64,000 bases of DNA, from assembly GCA_964618765.1 (NCBI GenBank), contig CAZUDZ010000003.1, positions 18,553 to 82,552 of the forward strand, in the 5' to 3' direction. Below are positions 1 to 8,825 of the stretch, piece by piece (position 1 is the stretch's first letter; each line of letters begins with the position of its first letter). A program made the position numbers and the translations under genes. Below the pieces are notes generated by a model. That model made no database searches, was not told the DNA's origin, and saw only the letters and a list, made by a program, of their open reading frames with translations. This stretch comes from an uncultured Candidatus Saccharibacteria bacterium (GTDB lineage: Bacteria > Patescibacteriota > Dojkabacteria > SC72).

Positions 1-29
1 GAAGTTAAAAGTTAAAAGTAGTATTTCTT

Positions 30-887
30 TTATAGCAATTTCTCAATCAAATCTTTTAACTCTTCTCTAGTATTGTATCGTATTACTACCTTTCCTCCTT
101 TAGTCATTTTGGTGATGTTTGCAGTATATCCAAGCTTCTTACTAAGCATTTCTGAGTATTTCTCTGTCTCTTTATCACTCTTCTTCCAACTTTTAGTTGT
201 AGAACCTTTACCATAATTAATTTTTCTAACTAAAGCCTCTGTTTCTCTAACACTCATTGCTCTCTTAACTACTAAATCAGCAGCAGCTATTAGGGATGTC
301 TCATCTTTAAGACCTAAGAGTGCCCTCGCATGTCCTTCTGTTAGTTTTTCATTAAGTACATCCTCTTTCACTTCATCAGGGATTAACAGTAGGCGGATTT
401 TGTTTGTAATTGTAACTCTGTTTAATCCTACTTTCTTTGCAATATCATCTTGAGATACTCCAAATTCCTCTATCATCTGTTGAAAAGCAAATGCTTCTTC
501 CAAAGGATTGAGATCTTTTCTTTGAATATTCTCAATTAAAGCCAATTCTAGCATTTCCTGAGGAGAGCTATCTTTAATGACAATGGGTACTGTTTTAAGG
601 CCTGCTAACTGGGCAGCTCGCAGTCTTCGTTCTCCTGCAATGAGGAAATATTTCTCTGACTCTTTATCTTTCGTAATTATTAGGGGTTGGATCACTCCTT
701 TCTCTCTTATTGAATCTGCTATCTCAATTAATTCTTCTGGATCTATATGCATTCTTGGTTGGAAAGGATTAGGCTCTATTAAGGAGATGTCGAAATTTGC
801 ATGATATGCGCTACTAGAGTTATCTATCTGTTTTGCATCTATCAATGCTGCTAGACCTTTTCCTAATCTGGGTGTATTTTTGTCCAT
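30..887 (-). CDS. parB: ParB/Spo0J chromosome partitioning protein
   Basis: LGKGLAALI N-terminus, NPFQPR, AGERRLRAA CTP-binding box, ENIQRKDLNPLEEA, HTH; follows parA. Confidence 0.97.
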   Translation of the reverse strand: MDKNTPRLGKGLAALIDAKQIDNSSSAYHANFDISLIEPNPFQPRMHIDPEELIEIADSIREKGVIQPLIITKDKESEKYFLIAGERRLRAAQLAGLKTVPIVIKDSSPQEMLELALIENIQRKDLNPLEEAFAFQQMIEEFGVSQDDIAKKVGLNRVTITNKIRLLLIPDEVKEDVLNEKLTEGHARALLGLKDETSLIAAADLVVKRAMSVRETEALVRKINYGKGSTTKSWKKSDKETEKYSEMLSKKLGYTANITKMTKGGKVVIRYNTREELKDLIEKLL

Positions 888-908
888 GGTATTTTTTTAA
901 GTAATAAT

Positions 909-1703
909 TTAAACAACAAACTTTTTTACAAATTCTTTAGCTAATTTTTTGTATGCTAAAGCTCCTGTAGATCTATCATCGTACTGAAATATTGTTTTTC
1001 CGTAGGATGGTGCCTCCGAGAGTCTGACATTTCTAGGAACTATTGTACTGAAGGCTGTTTCTTTAAAGAATTCTTTCACATCACTTACAACATTCTCTGA
1101 AAGTTTTGTTCTACTATCATACATAGTTAATATGACTCCTCCAATTACTAATTTAGGATTAATACCTTTAATTAGTTTAGTGGTTTCCATCAGTTGTCCT
1201 AATCCTTCGAGTGCAAAGTATTCACACTGGATGGGGATTAGCAGATAGTCTGAGGCACTAAGTGCATTTATGGTAAGCAGTCCTAGTGAGGGAGGGCAAT
1301 CAATGATTATATAGTCGAAATCTTCATTCATTTTAGAGAGGGCTTTTTTAAGTAGAGATTCCCTAGTTAACATATTTACCATTTCTATCTCAGCTCCTGC
1401 TAAAGAGAGATGAGAGGGGACCAGAAAGAGATTTTCAGTAGAGGTAGATACAAATACAGTAGAAAGAGGTTCTCCTTCTACAAGTACATTGTAAATGCTC
1501 TTGTATGGGGCTTCGTCTGAGGAATTCCAGCTTTGCTTATCAAATTGTTGTGTAAATCCAAGTCCTGAGGAAAGGTTAGATTGCGGATCCATGTCAATAA
1601 CTAGAGTTTTCTTCTTCCTCATAGCTAAGCTAGCAGCGAGATTCATAGCTGTCGTGGTCTTTCCAACCCCGCCTTTTTGATTTGCTATTACGAATACTTT
1701 CAT
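909..1703 (-). CDS. parA: ParA/Soj ATPase
   Basis: Deviant Walker A NQKGGVGKTT, DMDPQSN, DCPPSLG, PRNVRLSEAPSYG. Confidence 0.97.
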   Translation of the reverse strand: MKVFVIANQKGGVGKTTTAMNLAASLAMRKKKTLVIDMDPQSNLSSGLGFTQQFDKQSWNSSDEAPYKSIYNVLVEGEPLSTVFVSTSTENLFLVPSHLSLAGAEIEMVNMLTRESLLKKALSKMNEDFDYIIIDCPPSLGLLTINALSASDYLLIPIQCEYFALEGLGQLMETTKLIKGINPKLVIGGVILTMYDSRTKLSENVVSDVKEFFKETAFSTIVPRNVRLSEAPSYGKTIFQYDDRSTGALAYKKLAKEFVKKFVV

Positions 1704-1735
1704 CTTTTTACTCTATCATGTTTCACAAATGATAT

Positions 1736-2344
1736 CTACAGGTTTGGGTACTCTTGGTGATGGACTATTCTAAATTCGGAAAAAGGGAAATACACAATCC
1801 ATGCCTTCCCTTTAATACTTTTCTCTTCTATTGTCCCAAATACTCGAGAGTCAGAACTGTTTGGTCTATTGTCACCACAAACAAAGTATTCACCCTCTGG
1901 AACGCTCTTAGATTCTCCCTCCTTAAGAAAATCCCCACCTTTGGTATATATTGATTGATCTAAATATTCTGATTCATCCAAAAGATTCCCATTAATGTAT
2001 AGTTGTCCATCTTTTAACATTACGCTGTCTCCAGGTAGAGCTACAATCCTTTTAATGAAATCTTGAGTCTCGGAATATTTAAAAATTATCACATCTCCTC
2101 TTTGTGGTTCTTTAAGTCTGTAGGTAACCTTGTTTGCCATCAGGTACTCTCCATTTTTGTATGTAGGGTGCATTGAGTTTCCAATGACCTCATGAGGTGT
2201 CATAACAAAGATGTATAGGACGATGGAGATAACCAATGCCACAACAACTGTTTCTAGGAAAGAAAGTATGAATTTACCAGCAGAGGCAAATACAGAAGAT
2301 ATTTTTTGTGTAGGAGTTTCTTCCTGATCATCCTTTTCGTACAT
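1736..2344 (-). CDS. lepB: Signal peptidase I
   Basis: TM helix, GNSMHPT (Ser), FIKRIVALPGD (Lys), GDNRPNSSDSR. Confidence 0.95.
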   Translation of the reverse strand: MYEKDDQEETPTQKISSVFASAGKFILSFLETVVVALVISIVLYIFVMTPHEVIGNSMHPTYKNGEYLMANKVTYRLKEPQRGDVIIFKYSETQDFIKRIVALPGDSVMLKDGQLYINGNLLDESEYLDQSIYTKGGDFLKEGESKSVPEGEYFVCGDNRPNSSDSRVFGTIEEKSIKGKAWIVYFPFSEFRIVHHQEYPNL

Positions 2345-2462
2345 ACCGTGTAGTTAGAACTAAATTATTCTAAAAGCTCTGTAACAATAGTAATGGAAAA
2401 AAAGAAATTATGCAATTAAGTGTCCTTTTTAGTCTTCCAAGGCGTAAATTTGGATATACTCT

Positions 2463-2535
2463 TACCGCTACGGGGAATCGAACCCCGGTTTACAGGATGA
2501 AAACCTGTTGTCCTGAACCACTAGACGATAGCGGC
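2463..2535 (-). tRNA. tRNA-Glu(TTC)
   Basis: Reverse complement folds as a cloverleaf: acceptor GCCGCTA/TAGCGGT, anticodon arm ACAGG-TTTTCAT-CCTGT, GTTCGATTC T-loop; no encoded CCA. Confidence 0.96.
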
Positions 2536-2576
2536 ATAACCAGAAGATTTTACTATAATTAACTATTTTTGTGAAG

Positions 2577-2816
2577 CTAAAGAGATTTTAGATTGTTAAG
2601 GGCTTTTAAAATCTGTTGTTCTTCTGCAAAGGTTCCTCTTTGATACTGATTTGTTTGCTTATCAAAAACATATCTTCTTCCACACTTGCACTCTACCATA
2701 ACTCTGTTATCAGAGAGGTCTCCTAGTTTCTTAGCCTTATCTAATGGGTATGTACATCCTACACACAATCTTTTTTCTAGAAGTATATTTTGGAATGGTC
2801 TTATTATTTTTTTCAT
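2577..2816 (-). CDS. Small hypothetical protein with CxxC...CxC (possible zinc ribbon)
   Basis: 79-aa ATG ORF between two tRNAs; CVGC and CKC motifs. Confidence 0.75.
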   Translation of the reverse strand: MKKIIRPFQNILLEKRLCVGCTYPLDKAKKLGDLSDNRVMVECKCGRRYVFDKQTNQYQRGTFAEEQQILKALNNLKSL

Positions 2817-2841
2817 AGTATATATCTATTTTATGTATCTA

Positions 2842-2926
2842 TGCCGAAGAGAGGACTCGAACCTCCACGGGGTATTTCCCCACATGCTCCTAAGGCATGC
2901 GTGTCTGCCAGTTCCACCACTTCGGC
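2842..2926 (-). tRNA. tRNA-Leu(TAG)
   Basis: Acceptor GCCGAAG/CTTCGGC, anticodon arm CATGC-CTTAGGA-GCATG, long variable arm, GTTCGAG T-loop. Confidence 0.96.
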
Positions 2927-2993
2927 TAAGTGCAGGTAACATTTTACTAAATATTAGTTTTTTTTAATAGGGCAAAGCGTTTGTGGCAAATTA

Positions 2994-3287
2994 TTAACTC
3001 TCCTCTATACCACCGAAAATCTCTCCATATACCTTAACATATCCGTTCTCAGTATGGGGAGCGTTCTTAATTGCTTCCTCCTGTGTTAATCCTTCCTCAG
3101 GGGTATCTTCTCTTAAACTGTCAAAAGAGATTCTCTTTTTCATAGGCTGTACATTAGAAGTATCCATTTCTTGTAAAACAGAAGCTGATTCCAAAATAGT
3201 CTCCATTTGTGCTGGGAATTTCTCTAACTCTTTCTCAGTAAGTTCTATTTTAGAAAGCTCTGCAATATGTTTTACATCTATTTTCAT
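2994..3287 (-). CDS. gatC: Asp/Glu-tRNA amidotransferase subunit C
   Basis: VKHIAELSKIEL, LREDTP, KNAPHTENGYVKV; ATGA overlap with gatB. Confidence 0.9.
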   Translation of the reverse strand: MKIDVKHIAELSKIELTEKELEKFPAQMETILESASVLQEMDTSNVQPMKKRISFDSLREDTPEEGLTQEEAIKNAPHTENGYVKVYGEIFGGIEES

Positions 3288-4795
3288 TTTTCTAATTCTT
3301 TTAATAAAATACTCCTAACTCTATTGGGGTCTGCAGTTCCCTTAGTAGCTTGCATAACCTGTCCTACTAGGAATCCTAAGGATGCTTTTTTTCCTTCTTT
3401 GTAATCTTTAACTGCTTTAGAATTATCTTTAATACTCTGCTCTACAATGTCTTCTATATTGTCTGAGATATCTTCCTTCTGTTTTAAAATTTTCTCTAGT
3501 TCTTTTGATATATTACTGTTTTTCTCAATACAGCTTTTCAGTAACTCTTCTGCCTTGTTTTTTGTAATAGAGCCTTTCTTAAATTCAAGTATTAACAGTG
3601 TAAGATCTTTTATATCAACATCCAGATTGCCTGTGGCAAATACAGTTCCCATTAACCAGTTAGAAGCTTCTAGGGCAGCATCCTTTGCACTTAACTGCTT
3701 ACTTAATTCTTTTTGTAACTTCTCAAAGTAAATGGCATTCTCTTTGGTAGAAGATATGACTTCTGCTGCATAGTTAGATATCTGCCACTTTTCTACATAC
3801 CTTTTAATTTTCTCATTTGGGAGCTCTATTAATTCCTCTGATATTCGTTCAATGTCCTTAGGAGATATCTTAATAATTGGGATGTCAGGGTCTGGCATAT
3901 ATCTGTAATCGTCTGCTGTTTCTTTACTGCGTTGGAACTCAGATATTCCTTTCTGTGCATTCCAGCCTCTTGTTTGTTGCTTTATTTCTTTTTCTTGCTC
4001 TAGCTCCTTAATGATTCTTTCATATTCATACTGTATGGATTTTTCTACCGCCGTTATTGATCCAATATTCTTTATCTCAACTTTCGAGTTTAATTTGTAA
4101 TCTCCTATGGGTAAGATCTGCCCATCTTTGTATTCCCATTTTCCTTTCTCTTGTAGAGATATGTTTGGTTCACATCTCATTTGACCTTTCTCCATGTCAG
4201 CATCTGAGATACCTAAATATCTTACAATCTTTCTTATTTCAGTAGCAAAATCTTTAGCATCTTCGGCACTTCTAATGCATGGTTTAGTAACTATTTCGAT
4301 TAAAGGAATACCTGATTTGTTGTAATCGATGAGGGAGTACTCTTTGCCTGTTTCTACCTCTGTATGGTGTGTAGACTTCCCAACATCCTCTTCTTGATGG
4401 ATTCTCTCGATCTCTACTTTCACTCCTGAAGGTACTTCCACATATCCATCTGAAGCTATTGGTCTTTTGTACTGACTAATTTGATATCCTTTGGGTAGAT
4501 CAGGGTAGAAGTAATGTTTCCTGTCAAAGTTAATCTCATTGTCAATATCACAATGAGTAGCTACTCCTGCTAGTATACATAGCTCTATGGCTCTCCTGTT
4601 TGGTACAGGTAGTGCACCAGGTAATCCTAGGCATACGGGGCACACGAGAGTGTTTGGCTCTTTCTGAAAATATCCAGTAGAGCAGGAGCAGAACATTTTA
4701 GATTCGGTCTTTGTTTGTATGTGTATTTCTAAACCAACGATTAAATCATATTTAGAATTCATATTTTCGAAGTTATGGATATTCTTTTTTGACAT
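3284..4795 (-). CDS. gatB: Asp/Glu-tRNA amidotransferase subunit B
   Basis: VGLEIHIQ, FDRKHYFYPDLPKGYQISQ, RSKETADDYRY, GFLVGQVM. Confidence 0.98.
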   Translation of the reverse strand: MSKKNIHNFENMNSKYDLIVGLEIHIQTKTESKMFCSCSTGYFQKEPNTLVCPVCLGLPGALPVPNRRAIELCILAGVATHCDIDNEINFDRKHYFYPDLPKGYQISQYKRPIASDGYVEVPSGVKVEIERIHQEEDVGKSTHHTEVETGKEYSLIDYNKSGIPLIEIVTKPCIRSAEDAKDFATEIRKIVRYLGISDADMEKGQMRCEPNISLQEKGKWEYKDGQILPIGDYKLNSKVEIKNIGSITAVEKSIQYEYERIIKELEQEKEIKQQTRGWNAQKGISEFQRSKETADDYRYMPDPDIPIIKISPKDIERISEELIELPNEKIKRYVEKWQISNYAAEVISSTKENAIYFEKLQKELSKQLSAKDAALEASNWLMGTVFATGNLDVDIKDLTLLILEFKKGSITKNKAEELLKSCIEKNSNISKELEKILKQKEDISDNIEDIVEQSIKDNSKAVKDYKEGKKASLGFLVGQVMQATKGTADPNRVRSILLKELEK

Positions 4796-4821
4796 GATGT
4801 AATATTATCAATTTAACCTAG

Positions 4822-5892
4822 CTATATCAATTCTTCATCCTTTGGAGTCATCTCTTTCGTTAATATGTAGAAAGTGCCTCTTCCTCTACCTTTCTGTTTA
4901 ATATATTTCTTCTCTACCATATCTTGTAGGTCTCTGTAGGATGTCATAAAGGAGATCCCCATCAGTTTTGTATACTTACTTCTGTTTACTTTCTGATTCA
5001 GTTCTAAGTAATCAAGAAGTTGTATTTGCCTTTGGTTAAGATGTAATTCTAAGGAACCCTGTTTCTTAACTTTACTATTGTAAGTCTCTTTAAAGTCTCT
5101 GCTAACTTCTCTTACCGTAAGAGAGCAGGTGTAAAGGAATGCTTCTAGGAATGTTGTTAAATCCAATTTGCTTTTAGAGAGCTTAAAAGCAGAGAGAATA
5201 TCTTCAGATATATTTTCAATGCTTACAAAGAAGGGAACAATGTTATTAGGATTGTAACCGTACTTTTTTGTTAATGTCTCTAGAAGAAGGATCGCAGTTA
5301 TCTGGTTGCCACAAAGGAATGGAGCTTTATCTATGAATTCATACAGTAAAATTCCAACTTTGATTAATTTGTGATTATTATCTTTCCCGTTCTCAATCCA
5401 ATCAAGTAGCTCATTAAAATGACTTGCCATATCTAAGTTGGGATAGAAATCTCTTGCCTTGTACCAAGTATCATATATCTCATTTGGTTTCTCAGAGAAA
5501 TTTCTTATTTTAGCAAGATCCCATTCATCCACCAAATTTTTCATCACCAACTTATTTATATGTGCAGCTAGATCTACAGAGGGTTTTAAAGAGTTGCTGT
5601 CGTTATATGATTTAACAAAATCTTTAGCATTTCTAAAGTTTGTAAAAAGCTTTAGATCCTTTTTCTGAGAGGGCATTTCTTGACCTCTTTGAATTAGTAA
5701 AGCTTGGTTATACCCTATTCCATTGCCAACAAGTTCACCTAGTTTGTGAGTATCCTGTGCACCGTACTTTTCTTCTAGGGGAGTTCTGTGTTTCTCTGGG
5801 AGTCTTATATTCTTAAGGTTATTTATATTTAATTCATATTTGACTATGTAATCAAGTAGGAGATTTGTTAATGTATATTTAGGTGTTTTCAT
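4822..5892 (-). CDS. Fic-like domain protein with degenerate motif plus C-terminal winged HTH
   Basis: KAPFLCGNQITA aligns to HPFxDGNGRxxR; C-terminus LNQRQ...TSYRDLQDMVEK...GRGRGTFY. Confidence 0.75.
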   Translation of the reverse strand: MKTPKYTLTNLLLDYIVKYELNINNLKNIRLPEKHRTPLEEKYGAQDTHKLGELVGNGIGYNQALLIQRGQEMPSQKKDLKLFTNFRNAKDFVKSYNDSNSLKPSVDLAAHINKLVMKNLVDEWDLAKIRNFSEKPNEIYDTWYKARDFYPNLDMASHFNELLDWIENGKDNNHKLIKVGILLYEFIDKAPFLCGNQITAILLLETLTKKYGYNPNNIVPFFVSIENISEDILSAFKLSKSKLDLTTFLEAFLYTCSLTVREVSRDFKETYNSKVKKQGSLELHLNQRQIQLLDYLELNQKVNRSKYTKLMGISFMTSYRDLQDMVEKKYIKQKGRGRGTFYILTKEMTPKDEELI

Positions 5893-5928
5893 ATTCAGTA
5901 TTTAGTCGTTTAAGTACATCTTTTTACA

Positions 5929-6001
5929 AGCTGATGGATGGTTTCGAACCATCGACCATTCCCTTACGAAGGGAGCGCTCTACCAACTGAGCTACATCAG
6001 C
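5929..6001 (-). tRNA. tRNA-Thr(CGT)
   Basis: Acceptor GCTGATG/CATCAGC, D-arm AGCTCAGTTGGTAGAGC, anticodon loop TTCGTAA. Confidence 0.94.
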
Positions 6002-6074
6002 GAATGTAACAGTATTGTAACACATGAGGTCTTCTCAATCTAGATGTTTTTTGGATATTGATCTATATTATATT

Positions 6075-6575
6075 ATGAATGATATTCTAAAAGGAATAGA
6101 GATGGTTGTTTTTGATCTAATGGGTGTTATTATAACTGATACTAGCTTAGTTGCGAAGGAAGTCCCTTCTCATTCAAGAGTAAAGTTCTTAGATAAATAT
6201 GTAATAGGTAGTAATTTTGAGGACTTTAAAACGCTTTTAAAAGAAAAAAATATTAAGATGAGTATTCTCTCAAATATGCCAGAAAGTTGGGGGAGGTATC
6301 TATGTAGTAAATTCAATCTTGACAAAGATTTTAATCCCATTCTTTTTAGTAGTGTAGTAGGCATATCAAAACCCAATAGAGGAATATTTATTGAGCTTTT
6401 TAAAGAGACAGGAATAAATCCAGAGAAGATGCTTTTTATTGATGATCAACTTAAAAACCTAAAAACAGCTTCAGAATTAGGTATGAAGACGATGCTCTTT
6501 AGTCAAAAGAGTATAAAGGAAGAGAGTTTCTCTCCCGACTATATTATCAGTAGCTTCAAGACAGTATCAGGCTAG
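6075..6575 (+). CDS. HAD-superfamily hydrolase (short, reduced cap)
   Basis: VVFDLMGVI, ILSN, SKPN, FIDD motifs; start refined from 6024 to the ATG at 6075. Confidence 0.85.
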   Translation: MNDILKGIEMVVFDLMGVIITDTSLVAKEVPSHSRVKFLDKYVIGSNFEDFKTLLKEKNIKMSILSNMPESWGRYLCSKFNLDKDFNPILFSSVVGISKPNRGIFIELFKETGINPEKMLFIDDQLKNLKTASELGMKTMLFSQKSIKEESFSPDYIISSFKTVSG

Positions 6576-7177
6576 TAGAGTAACTCCTTTACTGTAATAT
6601 TGGTTACCTTTAGGAAGGGATTTGTATCCAAATTAATAGTTCCCCGTCGTTCTTCTTTGGTAAATTCAATTGATCCAGTCATCCATCCTTCCATAGGTTC
6701 GTCAGAAGATCTTGAAGTAATCTCCCAGTTCTTTTCCTCAAGCTCCTGTACATACCATTCCATTATTTCCTCTACGGAGGAATTTACATCTATCTGTACC
6801 TCTATGGAGTAATCATCATAGGAAGATGCTGTTACTATACCTCCAGGTAATGGAATATCTTCAGGAAACTTTTCAGTTACTAGATCTTTCTTTTCTAGAT
6901 CCCCATCTACTTTCTCTTCTGTTGTTTTCTTGTATGTAAAGGAGTCATCTTCATCTGAGAATTCGTAATCTTCTGTAACATCTTCTACCCACTCCTGCCC
7001 CTCTTTTAATGTATCTACTCCTTTGTTAAGTAATCCCTTAACAACGAAGAATGCTGCAGCCCCAAGAGCTATTAAAAGAACAATAACACCAATAACTATG
7101 TAAAGTAATGCATTGGATTTTTTCTTAGGGGATGCTTCCCCTGGTTGGTCTACTTTCTCTTTCTTAACATCTGCCAT
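6572..7177 (-). CDS. Single-TM membrane-anchored acidic surface protein
   Basis: N-terminal TM, acidic linker, FPEDIPLPGG...WYVQELEEKNWE domain. Confidence 0.8.
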   Translation of the reverse strand: MADVKKEKVDQPGEASPKKKSNALLYIVIGVIVLLIALGAAAFFVVKGLLNKGVDTLKEGQEWVEDVTEDYEFSDEDDSFTYKKTTEEKVDGDLEKKDLVTEKFPEDIPLPGGIVTASSYDDYSIEVQIDVNSSVEEIMEWYVQELEEKNWEITSRSSDEPMEGWMTGSIEFTKEERRGTINLDTNPFLKVTNITVKELLY

Positions 7178-7268
7178 ATTAAAAATACCTTTAAATTTTA
7201 AATAATAGATATACTATTATGACAATATTGTTACATGATATTAATGGGGTGTCAAATAGAGACAGGGA

Positions 7269-7342
7269 AGCGAGAGACGGGATTCGAACCCGCGACCTTC
7301 TCCTTGGGAAGGAGACATTCTAGCCAACTGAACTACTCTCGC
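7269..7342 (-). tRNA. tRNA-Gly(CCC)
   Basis: Acceptor GCGAGAG/CTCTCGC, anticodon arm TCTCC-TTCCCAA-GGAGA, GTTCGAATC. Confidence 0.96.
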
Positions 7343-7360
7343 ATATATGAGCATTTTACT

Positions 7361-7394
7361 AAGAAAAAGGGACTATATCCAGTCCCTTTCTTTT
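7361..7394 (-). terminator. Intrinsic terminator after the YtxH gene, possibly bidirectional
   Basis: AAAGGGACT-atatcc-AGTCCCTTT stem flanked by A/T runs. Confidence 0.7.
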
Positions 7395-7413
7395 ACAAAT
7401 GTGTTTAGAGATA

Positions 7414-7782
7414 TTATTTAGCTAACTCTCTTTTTACCATATTCCAATCTCCACTTAACTGTGTCCCTAACTTTTTAGCTGCAGAAGATGTAACCTGTGC
7501 ATCTTGCTTAAACTCATCTACTACCTCTGCTACGATTCTTTTGTATTTTCCCTCATCTATTTTTTCTCCTGCCTTTTTAACATTCTCTATCTTTTTCTCA
7601 ACCTCTCTCTTTGCATCTTCGTATAGGTCTATGGTTTTCTCTTTTAAATCTATGGCTAAATTCTTGATATCTTCTCGTGTCTCTTCACCTGATTTAGGTG
7701 CTAAAAGAATACCCGCAAGGGCACCACCAAGAGCTCCTAGGAGAAAACCTTTGAAAAAGGATTCTGTATTATTATTCTGCAT
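7414..7782 (-). CDS. YtxH-domain (general stress) protein
   Basis: GFLLGALGGALAGILLAPKSGEETRE signature. Confidence 0.9.
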   Translation of the reverse strand: MQNNNTESFFKGFLLGALGGALAGILLAPKSGEETREDIKNLAIDLKEKTIDLYEDAKREVEKKIENVKKAGEKIDEGKYKRIVAEVVDEFKQDAQVTSSAAKKLGTQLSGDWNMVKRELAK

Positions 7783-7845
7783 AATATGTTTAAAACTAAA
7801 TTTAATTCTAACTACATATTAACGCATACAGAAATATCTGTCCAG

Positions 7846-8166
7846 TTAAGTTTGTAGGAATTTAAGCATGAGATATCCCAATATTATGAATATACTGGGT
7901 ATTAATATTGCTAAGAGAATTGTCCAGAAAGAGTAGGTTTGATTTTCGATCTCTTCAATCTGTTTTCTTTCTAATGTGTCTGCCAAAGTTTTCTGCTCTT
8001 CTTCCTCTCCTTTCTGCTCCTCTTCATCTGCCGTATTCCCTTTTTCTTTTTCAACTATCTTCTCTTCTGCAGTATCTGTTACTTTCTCAGTACTTTGGGC
8101 AAGAGAGAAATTAATTGGTAACAGGAAGAAGATTGAAAGAAGTAAAAAGGTTAGTAGTTTTTTCAT
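7846..8166 (-). CDS. Hypothetical protein with signal peptide and C-terminal TM
   Basis: MKKLLTFLLL...SLA signal, Glu/Lys-rich middle, C-terminal hydrophobic helix; start refined to 8166. Confidence 0.75.
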   Translation of the reverse strand: MKKLLTFLLLSIFFLLPINFSLAQSTEKVTDTAEEKIVEKEKGNTADEEEQKGEEEEQKTLADTLERKQIEEIENQTYSFWTILLAILIPSIFIILGYLMLKFLQT

Positions 8167-8190
8167 GATCATATGGTAGCATATATCCAT

Positions 8191-8820
8191 ATGATATATC
8201 CAGATACAAAATTAGAAGAGAAGTTGTGGAAAGAGGGATACGGGATTGTGTTGGGTCTTGATGAGGCAGGTAGAGGGCCTCTAGCGGGTCCTGTGGTAGC
8301 TGGAGGAGTTGTGATTTCCGATATGAGTCAAGTTATACCCTCTGTAAGGGATAGTAAGAAGATGACGGAGAAGCAGAGGAATGAAGCGTATGAGTTAATC
8401 AAGAGTAATAGTTTGGCGTATGCTGTTGGTATAGTGGGCCCTGGAGAGATAGATGATTTAGGAATACAGAGTGCAGTTCTTAAAGCAATGAGTATTGTCA
8501 TAGAGGTTGTAGAGAGGAAATTAAATAGTAAGGTTGACTATATCATTGCTGATGGAAAGAATATTTTAGATATTGCTAAATATAAAACAGAGAGGATCCA
8601 GCAAGGAGACCTATATCATTACTCGATATCTGCAGGATCTGTATTAGCAAAAGTTACAAGAGACAATATTATGAAGAAATATCATCTTAAGTATCCTAAC
8701 TACGGCTTTGATACGCATGTTGGATATGGTACCAAGAGGCATATGGAAGCATTAAAGAAGTATGGTCCAACAGTAATACACAGAAGGAGTTTTAAACCTG
8801 TAGGAGATCTGTGTGTATAG
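8191..8820 (+). CDS. rnhB: Ribonuclease HII
   Basis: GLDEAGRGPLAGPV, DSKK, LAKVTRD, GYGT, HRRSF; start refined to 8191. Confidence 0.97.
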   Translation: MIYPDTKLEEKLWKEGYGIVLGLDEAGRGPLAGPVVAGGVVISDMSQVIPSVRDSKKMTEKQRNEAYELIKSNSLAYAVGIVGPGEIDDLGIQSAVLKAMSIVIEVVERKLNSKVDYIIADGKNILDIAKYKTERIQQGDLYHYSISAGSVLAKVTRDNIMKKYHLKYPNYGFDTHVGYGTKRHMEALKKYGPTVIHRRSFKPVGDLCV

Positions 8821-8825
8821 GGAGG

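Noticed and set aside
1719-1734. TGTTTCAC upstream of parA as a parS site
   Set aside because: Only the left half matches TGTTTCACGTGAAACA; the right half (AAATGATA) is not palindromic
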